64,000 nucleotides of DNA from Octopus bimaculoides. Taxonomy: Eukaryota. The DNA lies in assembly GCF_001194135.2 (NCBI RefSeq), contig NC_068995.1, positions 50,495,610 through 50,559,609 of the forward strand, written 5' to 3'. Positions 50,430 to 62,340 of this stretch are shown in pieces. Below the pieces are notes generated by a model. It was not told the DNA's origin, did not search any database, and saw only the letters and a program-made list of their open reading frames with translations. The position numbers and the translations under genes are program-made. Positions within the stretch are counted from its first letter, which is position 1, and each line of letters opens with the position of its first letter.

Positions 50430-53400
50430 CGTCTCCTCTTGGTGGAATTATTGCTTTCAGCCCACTTTCCAAAATGCGCAGTTTTTGCTCTGCTGTAATA
50501 TGTGGCCGGTCTTTTACATGGAAAACAGATTTTATACTAAGGTCTGTCATGTCCCTGCTAAGATCAAAATCTAGATCTTTAGAATCGGTATGTTTCATTC
50601 CTTTATCTTTTTTATCATTTACAGTTTTGCTGGGTTTTTGCCCTAGTTTCTTCTCTTTACTTGATGTTGGAGTCTTTTGCTTGTCAGAGCTTTCAGAACC
50701 ACTGCTGGTACTTTTGTTACGAGACTTACTTGGCAAGAACATAGACAATAAGGACCGTTTCTTTTCTTTCTTTGGAGTGGATGCAGTTGAAGAACCTTCT
50801 GACTGAGTCCCTTCTTTAGGCTTTTCAGGTTTCTTAGTGCTTGTAGATTGTGACCAACTTAGGAAGGGTTTTGGTGTGGGGCTGGGAACTTTTGGACTGA
50901 ATGCAGACTGGTTTGTTGTAAGGGATTGTTGCTTAACAGGGGTTTGGTCTGAATAGGTACTTGGAATGGGTGTATTTGGAGTGGGTGACATCTTCCAGAA
51001 AGGAGATGTGGTGTAAGGCGTAGACAATAACACCGACGCTGGAATGTCTTGGTTGTAACTGTCTCGTTTGTTGGTAGGGATCATCTTGGTGAGAGAGATT
51101 ACTCTTTCCTTTTTCTTTGGTTCAGGTGGTTTTGTTGAATCGGTTGGTACAATGGGGGTAGCTGGTTCCTTTTTCGGAGCTGCTGGCAATATCCTTTTCT
51201 TAAATGCAGAATGGGATACCCGGCGGACCGGCTTTGATTTTATGAGAGTTCCAGGGAACTGCTCCACTGAGCTGATGCTGATAGTTGTCAGAGCATCACT
51301 ATCGCTTTCATCAGCAAAGGGAATATCATCAATAGATTCTACAACACTAGATTGCTTATCAAGATGGTTTTCTTTTTGAGGTTTCTTCAAACTTGCATCT
51401 ACAGGAATCTTACGCCTTTTGTCATTCCTACCTTCAGGAGGCACAGTCAAAGAAGCATTAGGTTTCATTTTTTCTTCTAACTTAGTTGGAATAAAAGGTT
51501 GTTTTTTGTTTTCTTCAGGTTCTTTGGTAGCTGTGCTTACTGGAGTACTCCCAGCAGATTTAGCTTTTAAAGAGGTTCTGGAGGCCGGAGTAGGAGCTAG
51601 TGGCTTCAAAGGTGGAAGGCTTCTCTTTAATTCAGTAACTTCTGGTAAAATACGACGAGGCTTTGGAACAGGTGTTAAATCAGTTGGGCTTTCATCTAAA
51701 GTAGCTTTTGGTGCTGGAGATAATTCCCGGCTTCCAGCAACAAAATTTCTATCTAAGCTTTTCGAATGAGAGTAATTTTTCCTGGTGATATTGTCAGGAA
51801 GTTGTTTACTGACAACTGTCATATCATAGTTACCGTTGTTCTCAGGTAAATCTGAATAACGTTTCCAATTATCTCTATCACCTTTCCACAAATATTCAGG
51901 TTTCTTTCTCATTTCAACGTCAACACTTGAAAGATATTTTTCCATATGACTTTCCCTCGGAAGTGAAGAAGCTCGTGTAACTTGTTTGTTGGCACTAGTT
52001 TTATTTGACTGGATTCTATCAGAAGATCGAGCAGCTATAGGTTGGCTTTCTAAAATAAGGTCAGAGAGAGGACGTCGAGAATCAAATTCAGTGGTCAAAG
52101 GCCGAGCTGACCGAGGCGGTTTTATGGGTATTGAATTTCTATATTTAACTTCGGTAGGTGTTGTTGGAGTATTAGCAGCATCCACATTATCATCAGCAGT
52201 TGTAGTAGTAGTTGTAGTAGGTGTACTGGTAATAGTAGTAGTAGTAGGTATAGCAGCAGCACTGCTTTCAACATCAACCTTACTCGGAGTATTCACAGTG
52301 AGTTTCTTGTTAGCAAAAAGAGGATGCCTATCAGCAATGTCAACCAACACAGGTTTTTTATCAGCTAATTTGTTCTTTTTCGGTGAGAAAGTCGATTGTG
52401 GAGTACTCTGCTTGATCTTTTCAGTTACAGATACAGAATGTACCATTTTTTCCTCCCTAGGACTACAAGGCTGCAGTTCAGATTCTTTTGACTCATACAT
52501 TTCAATTTTATTTAGCAGTTTATTTGAAGGAGTAATTACTGTTTTCTTGTCTAGGTCACTAATTATTTCATTTGGGGTTTTCTCAGGAACTTTATTGTCC
52601 AACAACTCTGTAATATCTTCTTTCCTAGTTGAGGACAATGGAAGATTCTCATTGTTAAGATCTGCTAATATTTGCTCACTTTCATTCTCAACCATTTCCA
52701 AATTAGCATTGACATTTTTAGTAACAATAACGTCCTCTTCCTCCTGTTCAACAATTTTTTCTGGCAATTCAGAGATTTCTTCCAATTCCATTTCGAGATT
52801 CTTTGGTGCTTCTTCAACTTCCATTTCTTCATGTAATGGTTCTGTAACTTTATCTTCATCTTTTGACACCACAGAGACATCTATTACCTTGATTTTCTGC
52901 AATTCTTCCTCAGCCTTCACCGATTCTTCTGGAAGTTCAGAAAATGTATCTTCAGTCAAAGTAACATCATTCTCTTGTGGCGCCTCCTCACTGTTTGCTT
53001 CAATAGCAATGTTTTCAGCTTCGTTATTAACCTCATCGAGTCTTTCTTCTATAACTTGCTGAAACTCGTTGAGGAGTTCGTTATCGGAATTATTGGCAGC
53101 AGTTTCTAACAGAATTTGCTTGTTGTACTGCAATGCATCGTTAAGAGAACTTAAAGAAGAGTGAATTGATTTACTTGGTGTAGATAGTGTAAAGCTGGTG
53201 TCTGATTCAGATCCACCATCATCTTTTTTGGGTTTCTTCTTTCTTTTGGTAATGAATCTTTCATCAAGTTTGTTCCAAGGCTCTGATTCTAAAACTGGCG
53301 TCGATGGCTCGTCCATTCTTTCTAGGCTACGGAGCACAGACTGCAGAGTGCTATCCTCTGAGTCAACAATAGTGTCATCAGACATGGCAGAAACACTTCG

Positions 53401-54016
53401 AAGAACGGCCTTTTCTGTGTTTGTTGTCTCTGTGCTCTTCGATTCGTCTTCACTGGAATTATTTAGCTGTAATTCCTCCTCCTTCATCTCATCTAGCACA
53501 TCGGTTTTTACATCAGCTTCAAGAATTTGCTCAGTGTCATTCACAATGTTGTCATCTTCAATGTTTTCACCAATATTATCGTCTTCCACAGTATTTCTTA
53601 CAATGGCAACACCTTTAATGACATCACCTTCAACAGCTCTGCCTTTGTAGATATCTTCATTTTCATTGTCTTCATAGGTGCCATTTTCCATGGCTTCACC
53701 ATTGTAGGCGCTATCTCTAATATTGGTGCTCTCTTTCATGAAGACGTCATCATCGTCTTGCATGCCTTCCCAAGCTTTGGCAGGAGTCATTTCCTCATCT
53801 TCCTCGCTACTGGTAGATCTTCTTTCAAGACTTGTTAGAACTTCTTCCATGGCTTGACCGACAGCCTCCCTGTCATCTACTACATTCTCCTCAATGATAT
53901 CATCAATTTCGTCATTGGTATCAGCTTCTTCAGAGGCTACCTCTTCCAAAGTTTCAGTTTCACTTTCTTCAGATCCTTCAAAGTAATCTTCCTCCACAGT
54001 TATATCCGACTTGGCA
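50430..54016 (-). CDS. MICAL: MICAL giant coding exon (3,587 nt, ~1,195 aa); acidic then Ser/Thr/Pro/Lys-rich disordered region
   Basis: Acceptor tattttacag|T, donor GACG|gtaaga. Uninterrupted frame (supplied ORF 50389-53997), phase 2 in and phase 1 out. Confidence 0.92.
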
Positions 54017-54274
54017 CTGTAAAATACAAAAGAACATTTTAGAACACGTCACAGGCAACATGTTTTTGACATTATTTATGAAGAGAAGATTGTTTGAAGT
54101 TACATTTAAGAAGAGTCACATAAATTCAAAACCTAAAAACATACTCCCCAGTTGCTTGTCTGTTTTTCTCAAGGAATCCCACACAGCCTGGATTACTCGA
54201 ACCACCAAAGACAAGTACCTTCTCTTGTTGTGAGGAATGATTTGTCAGCTTTAGAGAAATAAATTACTGTTAAT

Positions 54275-54750
54275 TAGGCACAGGTGTGGTTGTGTGGTTA
54301 AGAAGCCTTCTTTCCAGTCATGTGGTCTTGGGTTCAATACCACTGCATAGCATCTTGGATGAGAATCTTCTACTATAGCTCCAGGCCAACCAAAGTCTTG
54401 TGAAAGAGTTTGGTAAATGGAAACTGAAAGCCTTTCATACACACACACATATATACACACACATACATATACATACACACACATATATAGACATGCACAC
54501 ATAATACACACACACATGTACACATACAGCACATAAAGGTTATGAATGAGTATCAGCATCACACAAGAGAAGTTGTTCTTTTCCAATTTCCATGAAAAAC
54601 ATGTCTGACCATGGGAAAATATTACTGTGCCTGGAAACAGTTAAGGGTTGGCAACAGGAAAGGCACCCAGCCATAGAAAATCTGCCTCAAATATTCTATC
54701 AGATCCAAGCAAGCATGGAAAAGAGGACATTAAATGATGATGATAATGAT
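54275..54750 (+). mobile_element. SINE with family-A head and RTE-derived tail
   Basis: Same architecture as 45316-45750. Tail-only relatives at 57350-57530 (+), 46617-46750 (+), 46765-46890 (-), 41200-41380 (-) and 16845-17030 (-). Confidence 0.75.
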
Positions 54751-54784
54751 TGACTATAGAGAATAAACAACGTCTTTGACTTAC

Positions 54785-54965
54785 ATGGCATCTTTTAAAG
54801 CATCTTTATCCAAATTAGAATCTTCTACCTTAGTGTCCACAGTATCAGGTACCTGACCAATGGTAACATCAGTAGTGCTTGGTGTGACAGCTTCATCTTT
54901 AGCATTATTAACATTTTCACTCGATGTCGGCGTCTTCTCACCTGCTTTTTCAGATTTGTCAATTC
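54785..54965 (-). CDS. MICAL: MICAL coding exon: GIDKSEKAGEKTPTSSENV...DKDALKDA(I)
   Basis: Acceptor ttctctctcag|GA, donor AT|gtaagt. 181 nt, phase 1 to 2, matches the giant exon start. Confidence 0.88.
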
Positions 54966-55478
54966 CTGAGAGAGAACCAAGTAAAATAAATGCAACAATT
55001 AACAACGGGCATTAATTTTTCTTTTACATATTCTACCCTGATAGGAATTCACAACTAAGAGAGAAATAGTCAAGCTGTAAAATAGCAAGTTATTTGAAAG
55101 CCCAATAGCAAAATAAATATAAGAAACGTAAATGTACCATAGAAGCAAACAACTTTACCACTAACAATTGAAAAAACAACAATTTTAAAAAAAAATTAAT
55201 AAGATGGAAAAATATTTATTTTACAATTATATTATTTCATTTTATTTCTTCTTGTTTAACTATTAAGACGGTGACTTCATGCAGTGTCAGCTACTAAATT
55301 TGATTTCTCTACAGTGAAGAGTGATAGCCTTTCTGGTGATTAATCAATAATAAAAAATTGTTTAAAAGTTACCAATTACCAATGCTTGCAAATAATTTTT
55401 GGTTTAGTTTTGATTAATGTTTCCCAAGGAAAAGAGTGTTTGTTATTTTTGTTAAGGAAACAGAGTGAGAGAAGGAGA

Positions 55479-55565
55479 GGAGAAGGAAATAGAGTGAAAG
55501 AGGGAAAGGAGAAGGAAATAGAGTGAAAGAGGGAAAGGAGAAGGAAGCAGAGTAAAAGAGAGAGG
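55479..55565. repeat. 29-bp purine-rich minisatellite (ggagaaggaaatagagtgaaagagggaaa x3) within a ~480-nt GA-rich tract
   Basis: Units start at 55479, 55508 and 55537. Confidence 0.8.
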
Positions 55566-55961
55566 AGAGAGGACAAGGAGGGAGCAGAAGTTAAAGACAG
55601 GAGAATAAGCAAGAAATTAGAGGCAAAAAGAGTGACTATAGCCGAATGGTCAAAGAGAAAAGGGGGAAATAGAGAGATTAGAGAGAGACTACAGAAGGAA
55701 GACAGAGGGTGAGAGAGAGAAAATGAAAGAAAGAAGCTAGAAAGGAACTATAAAGCTAAAGAGAGAGAAGACTGATAAGGAGAGACATTAATAGAATGAT
55801 CAACAAAACTAAAAAGAGCTCATACGGGGTTGGGGGGAGAAGCTTGTAAGAGACAGAAGAAGAAAAAGGAGAGTTGAGAGATAGATAAGGAGAAAGAAAG
55901 AGGAGAGGGGGAGGACTGAGAGATAAACTAATAGAAGATATGGTCACTAGGACAACATTAT

Positions 55962-56290
55962 TATTATTGAGTGAGAGAGCAGTGCATGCCATCAAAGTGA
56001 CACTGGGGTAAAATATACGAAGCCCAGTATACCCATCATGACTACCAGACTGATAAGGGTACACCAGGCACATGCATCACAACCATATGTGCGCGACATG
56101 GGGATCTCATATCAAGATAAACAGCGCATGACCTCGCAGGTGGGGCCCAGTTAGAATTTTCTTCAGGTCAAGTGGCCCATACTGCTCAAATGGTCCTTGA
56201 ATAAGGGTTGTTTAAGGATGTTGAGCAAGACACCCATGTTTCCAAAGGTGAATTATTCAAACCCCAAAGAATTCCTCTCAACACATGGCT
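55962..56290 (-). mobile_element. 3' fragment of a non-LTR retroelement ending in (TAA)n
   Basis: GC-richer block bounded by TAT/TAA repeats on both sides. Minus strand reads SHVLRGILWGLNNSPLETW..*, then a UTR ending caataataataat. Confidence 0.45.
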
Positions 56291-56677
56291 ATTATTACTA
56301 TTTTATTATTATTATGATTATATATAGTCACTAGGATAGTACTATTCATAGTATCAGTGGTCTGAATGTGGTCATTAGGCCAGTGTTACCGCAGGATCGG
56401 GATCGTGTTTCTGGTGAACTAAGGCAGCATGGTTAACAAACAGACACAAAAGTGGTGAGTAGAATGGTGATGATATAGAATCCGTGGTGAGCGTATGGTT
56501 ACTTGGATTGTGTTACATTAGAATCAAAGGCCAATCAGTTGACTGTCAGTAAGACAGTGTTACTAGCAAAAGAGAAGAACTCACTTAAGTGGTGCTATAA
56601 CATTAAGTCTTATAATATGTGATGTGATAACGCTTTTTGTTTACACACACAGACACAAACACTTATCTCTTTACTTT

Positions 56678-56896
56678 CTCTTTTACCTGTTTCAGTCATT
56701 TGACTGTGGCCATGCTGGAGCACCACCTTTAGTCGAGCAAATCGACCCCAGGATTTATTCTTTGTAAGCCTAGTACTTATTCTATCAGTCTCTTTTGCCG
56801 AACTGCTAAGTTACGGGGACGCAAACACACCACCATCAGTAGTCAAGCGATGCTGGGGGAACAAGCACAGACACACAAACATATACACACACATAC

Positions 56897-56937
<41 letters not shown>

Positions 56938-57116
56938 CATATATACGACAGGCTTCTTTCAGTCTCCGTCTACCAAATCCACTCACAAGGCTTTGGTCAG
57001 CCCGAGGCTATATAGTAGAAGACACTTGCCCAAGGTGCCACGCAGTGGGACTGAACCCAGAACCATGTGGTTGGTAAGCAAGCTACTTACCACACAGCCA
57101 CTCCTGTGCCTGTACA
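56678..57116 (-). mobile_element. tRNA-headed SINE family A, best-preserved copy
   Basis: Head ggcacaggagtggctgtgtggtaag...gggttcagtccc (A/B-box-like), internal TA/CA microsatellite, tail ...gtcgatttgctcgactaaaggtggtgctccagcatggcc. Homologous copies are listed separately. Confidence 0.85.
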
Positions 57117-58440
57117 TTTTAACACACACACACACACACATATACACTTGAGTGGACTTGCTTACATTTTCCACTTGCTTGGTGAAGTCAATAAGTTGCC
57201 ATGTCTGACACACTCTTCCCACTGGACATTGGGTACTTTTTGTAGTGTTAACTCAATTGCAGGTTTCCAACCAAATCTCAGGCCAGAAGATAACTCGACA
57301 TCTCTGATGTGCCACTGTAATGGCTTCTTTCTCCCCACTCCCCCTCACCTCACCAGATTCTGGCCAAAAAAAAACATGTCTGGCCAAAGGGAAATATTAC
57401 CTAGCTTGGAAACAGGCAAAAGTTGGTGGCAGGAAAGGCATCCAGCCATAGAAAAATCTCCCACATTAAACTCTGCCTGACTCATGCAAGCATAGAAAAG
57501 TAGATGTCAAAACAAAGATGATGATGAATAAGAGATGAAGCTTATTCTATCACTCAACCCTTACCTGTTTTTCAAGTAAGGAATTTCTTATTCAACACAT
57601 CTTCCAAAGATCAGAGCAACAAAGAATGTAAACACAACACTGTCTTGAATTCAATCAGAGCTGCATAGGGTGTCAACATTAACATACATTGACACACACA
57701 ATAGGCTTCCTACAGTTTCTGACTACCAAATTCGCACAGAAGAAAATTGGTCAAAGCAGGGCTAAAATAGAAGGCACTTGTCCAAGGGACTGAATCTGAA
57801 ACGATGTACTTCAAAAGAAAACTTCTTAACCACACACACACAAAGTGTATACACAGAATACACACCAGAACATATATACATGTGCACACGCACATCCATC
57901 CTCTGATATAGGCTTCCACCTGCACACTAAATGCATTGGCATACATCATGTGCTACTGCAGCAGTGCAGGTAATTACTATTGATTACCACTTAGCATGTT
58001 GTGTAGCAACATTGTTTGAGATTTGAATTACTATGCGTAGATGAATACACACACACACACAACAGTTTTGATACACACGTCATGGTAGAACTGCTAACTT
58101 TATTTCTGGTCTTTTTTTGTTTTTTTTTTGACATCCTTTTATCGTTGTTGTTGTTGCTGTTGTTATTGTTTCGTTTCTATGCATTTGCATGGATGGGTGC
58201 AACAGTATTTTGTCAAAACAATTGTCTTTACAGTTGGATGCCCTCACCAGCACCACCACCATTATCATCATCATCACTGCCACCACCCTTTTCACCAACC
58301 ACTCAACTGTGAAGTAGGAAGTAGGAACTGGTTTTTTATTTTTGCTATATGTGTGTCAGTGAACTAAACTGTAGATAAAAGTAGACAAAGAGAGGTGGAG
58401 CAAGAGTAAAGATAAAGTGAGAACAGTAGAGCTGAGAGGG

Positions 58441-58517
<77 letters not shown>

Positions 58518-58540
58518 NNNNNNNNNNGAAAGAGAGAGAG

Positions 58541-58571
<31 letters not shown>

Positions 58572-58771
58572 GAGAGAACGAGGGTGGGATAAAAAGTGGA
58601 GAGGAAGACAAATATGGAATACAGCTGGGGTTGTGTCTGATCTTTAGCAGTATGGTAAACAACAAATTATTTTAATTCATTGAACCATTCAGTATGCATT
58701 CACACACATGCAAAAAAAAAAAGAAAGAAAAATCTCCAGTTACTCCAAGACTTTGCAGCCACTGTTAGACT

Positions 58772-58814
58772 GCTTTGCTGATGAGGTCTAATGAGACTGA
58801 AACATGTCTGAAGT
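58772..58814 (+). ncRNA. Minimal type I hammerhead ribozyme motif (Penelope/retrozyme type), catalytic core intact
   Basis: gctttg-CTGATGA(58778-84)-ggtc/taatga/gact-GAAA(58799-802)-catg-TC-tgaagt. Stems I and II pair with G-U wobbles, stem III is the palindrome ACATGT, and the GUC cleavage triplet is at 58806-58808. Confidence 0.7.
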
Positions 58815-59084
58815 TGTTCCAGTACTGCTAAAGATTTGGCTCATTCCTCACTGCAGTTGATATTTAAATTAACTTTATTAAAATTTCAAGGTTACCCCAC
58901 TTGTCTTTTTTGACAAGAATTAACCATTTAAATAATGATTGTTCTCATCACTGAGATTGTAAATTTAATTGAAATTTTTTTTGGCTTATACATTAAGTAT
59001 GCTAACGTCCACTTAAGTATTACATTTTCATGCAACAGGCAGCCCTGGGTATTTTTCCCAAGATAATATTTTATATTTGATATA

Positions 59085-60580
59085 TAAAATCAGGACATCA
59101 TTGATGAAAAGTGCATTCGTAACTGCAGCAGTGCACTTACCTTGACTGACACTGAGAAGAAAGAGGTATGGAAACGGATTCTAGAAGCAGCTGTGGAATG
59201 ACAAGAATGTATGAGGGGGAGAGGTGGGGGCGTACCCGGACCAGATCCAACAGAGGGACCACATATGAAGGTTGACTGCTGTATGGTCAAGTTTAGTCAC
59301 TGAGGTGTTGAAAACATCCAGAAATGTAGGACATGCACTGGTTATTCACATAGTCAATTATGTTGTACAGAGAGGTTGTCCTTAACGACTGATGCAGCAG
59401 CAACCTTATGAACTGCTACAAAGAAAAGTGGGATACTCTAGAAAGAATTAACTGTAGAGGCATTAAGCTGATGGACCAAATCCCCAAAAGTAGCAGAGTC
59501 ATAGTAAAGTCAATCAAGGAGAGAATAAACTTAGATGAGATTCAGTTTGGGTTTGTATCTAGACTTGGAAACACCAATGCATTCTCCCAAGTGCAGAAAT
59601 GGCAAGAGAAGTTCTTAACTCAGAACAAACCCTTATAACTAGCAATCATTGACTTAGAGAAGACCCCTGACAGGATTCCATCCTATGTAGTCTGGTGATC
59701 CCTAAGAAAAATCAGTTTAGATGAATGGCTTATAACAGCCATGTAAGTCATGTGTAGGAGTGTTGTTAGCAAAATGAGAATTAACACTGAACACAGTGAG
59801 GATTCAATATGCAGTGATATGTCCATCAAAGCTTGGTTCTCAGTCCTCTCTTGTTCACTATGCTATTACAGAGGAGTTCAAGATTGGCTGCTTGTAGGAA
59901 CATCTGTATACCAATGATACAGTTCTCATAGTTGAATCAGTTGAAGAATTCGAAGAAAAGTGCCTAAAAGAATTGGAATTAGAATTAAGAGGCCTATATT
60001 TCAAAAGTAGCGGATAACTTCTGCTACATAAGCAAACCAAACTGCAGTGGAAGTGAATGCAGCAGAAATATAGTGGCTAGAACAAGGACAAGATTGGAAA
60101 AGTTCTGGGAGGTATTAACTCTGTCAACAACCAAGATGACATGAGTCATGCATATGAAGTACAATACTGCATGGGAGCAAGATATACATGTTGAATATGG
60201 AGGATGTACAAAGGCTGGAAAGAAATAAGGTGAGCATGCTTCACTGGATGTATAATGTCATTGTGCATAAATGACAAAGCACAGGTGTGCTGAGAGAAAA
60301 CCTAGGCATCTGATGAGTGTGCTTTGGTGTGCAATGATAGGGGACTGCGATGATATGGACATGTAAAGCATTTGAAGAATGATAGGTAAGTGAATAAGAG
60401 CCAAATGATTCAGGTAGAAGGAGCCTGTAGAAGATGAGTTGGTAGGAATGGTAAGAGCTGATTATAGGATTCCAAGCCTCAGAAAATAGATGACAAAGGA
60501 ACACAAATGGGAGGACACTGTGCTAAAATTAACCTGACTAACCCATGCAAGCACGAAGAAGCAGAACCGAAATGAGGATG
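59085..60580 (+). mobile_element. Degenerate RTE-clade LINE (RT domain through 3' UTR)
   Basis: Reads NCRGIKLMDQ...QFGFVSR...QEKFLTQNKPL*LAIIDLEK...VLSPLL...LYTNDTVLIVES (YADD decayed), then a ...QRLERN..SMLHWM tail and a 3' end cccatgcaagc...gatg. Confidence 0.85.
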
Positions 60581-60587
60581 TTTTATA

Positions 60588-60618
<31 letters not shown>

Positions 60619-61670
60619 TATAAATGCACACACACATTACTTTTTATATACCCACATGCACACACTATATATCATCATCATCATCCTCATTTTGTGTATC
60701 TCCTTTTCATGCCTACATAGACTGAAAAAAGTCATCATGGTCCAGTCCAGTTCATGTCTTGCATGGAGTTGCTGTTCTTCTACATGGGCTGGAGGACCAC
60801 GCCTCATTTGTTTATTCCATTTTTAGCTTGGTTTCCAAAGGTTAGATGTCCAGTCACTCTACAGAGTGTACTTGTTGCAGTTTTCATGTTTTTAGGAAAA
60901 CTAAAAGGCTCTTTAGCCCCACATTGTTGCCATTCATTCACCAACCACTTTATAGTATACACTGGATACATTTTATGGTACCAGCACTAGAGGAGTTGCC
61001 ATGTCTTTTACAAGACCAAAGAATCCTTTCTAATCCACACTATTTCCATTCATTTTAGATGTGATGAAGGTGAGAGAAGACAGTGCTGAGGGAGAAAGAA
61101 CTAGAGCGAAAGAAAGAGAGAAGAGATAAGCAATAGAAGAGAAACAGTGATAGGCAGCAACATGTTAGTTGTTAGTAAGGAGGTAGTAAAGAAACAGCAT
61201 GAGTGGTGAGATGAGAAGAGAGAGAGAGAGAGAGAGACAGGCAAACAGAATGATAGGAGGGAAGGCAAGGTGATGAAAGAGGGAGTAATGAAAGTGAGAG
61301 AAAGTGATGGATAGCAATAAAGGAACATGATAAATACACACATACACACACAGATATACACACACGCACACATGTATATATATACTATACATATACACAC
61401 AGATGTGTATATATATATTTATATTATACACACAAACACACGTACATATCAGTTTATGCTTTAGACTTTCCATTGGTACAAAGATGACATGTTTGGATCA
61501 AATAAAACAATTATTGACCCAAACATAACAGGTTTAAAATGTAAAGCAGATGAAGAATAATGGTAGTTGTTTTTATATTTTTTAGGGTTTTTTTTTTTGG
61601 CTTTTCTTTCTCTTTATATTATATGTATACTTTTGAAATTCATTTCCTTGCAGATGAATTGCAGTCTTAC

Positions 61671-61940
61671 CAAAGAGCAGTTTGGCATCAAGTCGAACTG
61701 GCTCTGGGGGTGATGCAAAAAATTTGGCTCTTGCTTCCATTTGACTAGCAGGACTAGTCGGAGAGCGAAGAGGTGATAAAGGCTCAATTTTCGATGTAGG
61801 TCGCAATCTGGATAATCGCTGATCTGTCCTTGCATCAGCCATTTCATCTAATAGTGTTTTATTTTCAGTGTCAGGTGTTGTCTGATCTTTCATTGTGTCA
61901 TCAGCATCATCAGATGAAAAACCTTTCTCTGTCTCTGTTT
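61671..61940 (-). CDS. MICAL: MICAL coding exon: ETETEKGFSSDDADDTMKDQ...SPLRSPTSPASQMEARAKFFASPPEPVRLDAKLLF
   Basis: Acceptor cttcttccaccag|AA, donor G|gtaaga. 270 nt, phase 1-1, overlaps supplied ORF 61582-61893. Confidence 0.88.
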
Positions 61941-62296
61941 CTGGTGGAAGAAGTATAAATATTTGACATTACTAAGAGGTCATGCACTTCTACATGACAG
62001 TACGACAACACAAACAACCACAATGGCTACAACAACCACAACAACAACAACAACTACACATCTTAAGCTTTACAACAATACTTGTTACTCATGGAACTTG
62101 TGAAATAGAAAAGGGATTTCTTTTTTTTTTTTTTTGCTAATTATTTTAGTTTATTTTTTCTTCTCTCCTCTCTCTGCATTTTTATAATGTTAAAACAATT
62201 AATCACATGAGAAATTTGAGGCATAAGACACGCACAACAGTATTCTAGGAATGGAAATATTTTACACATTTAAAGTGATTTGAAACACACTGAAAT

Positions 62297-62340
<44 letters not shown>

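Noticed and set aside
50474-54042. Several + strand and alternative-frame ORFs up to 358 aa
   Set aside because: Antisense shadows of the MICAL giant exon with biased codon content and no recognisable domain.
57040-57116. tRNA-like A/B-box sequences at SINE heads
   Set aside because: No complete cloverleaf, and each continues into a SINE body.
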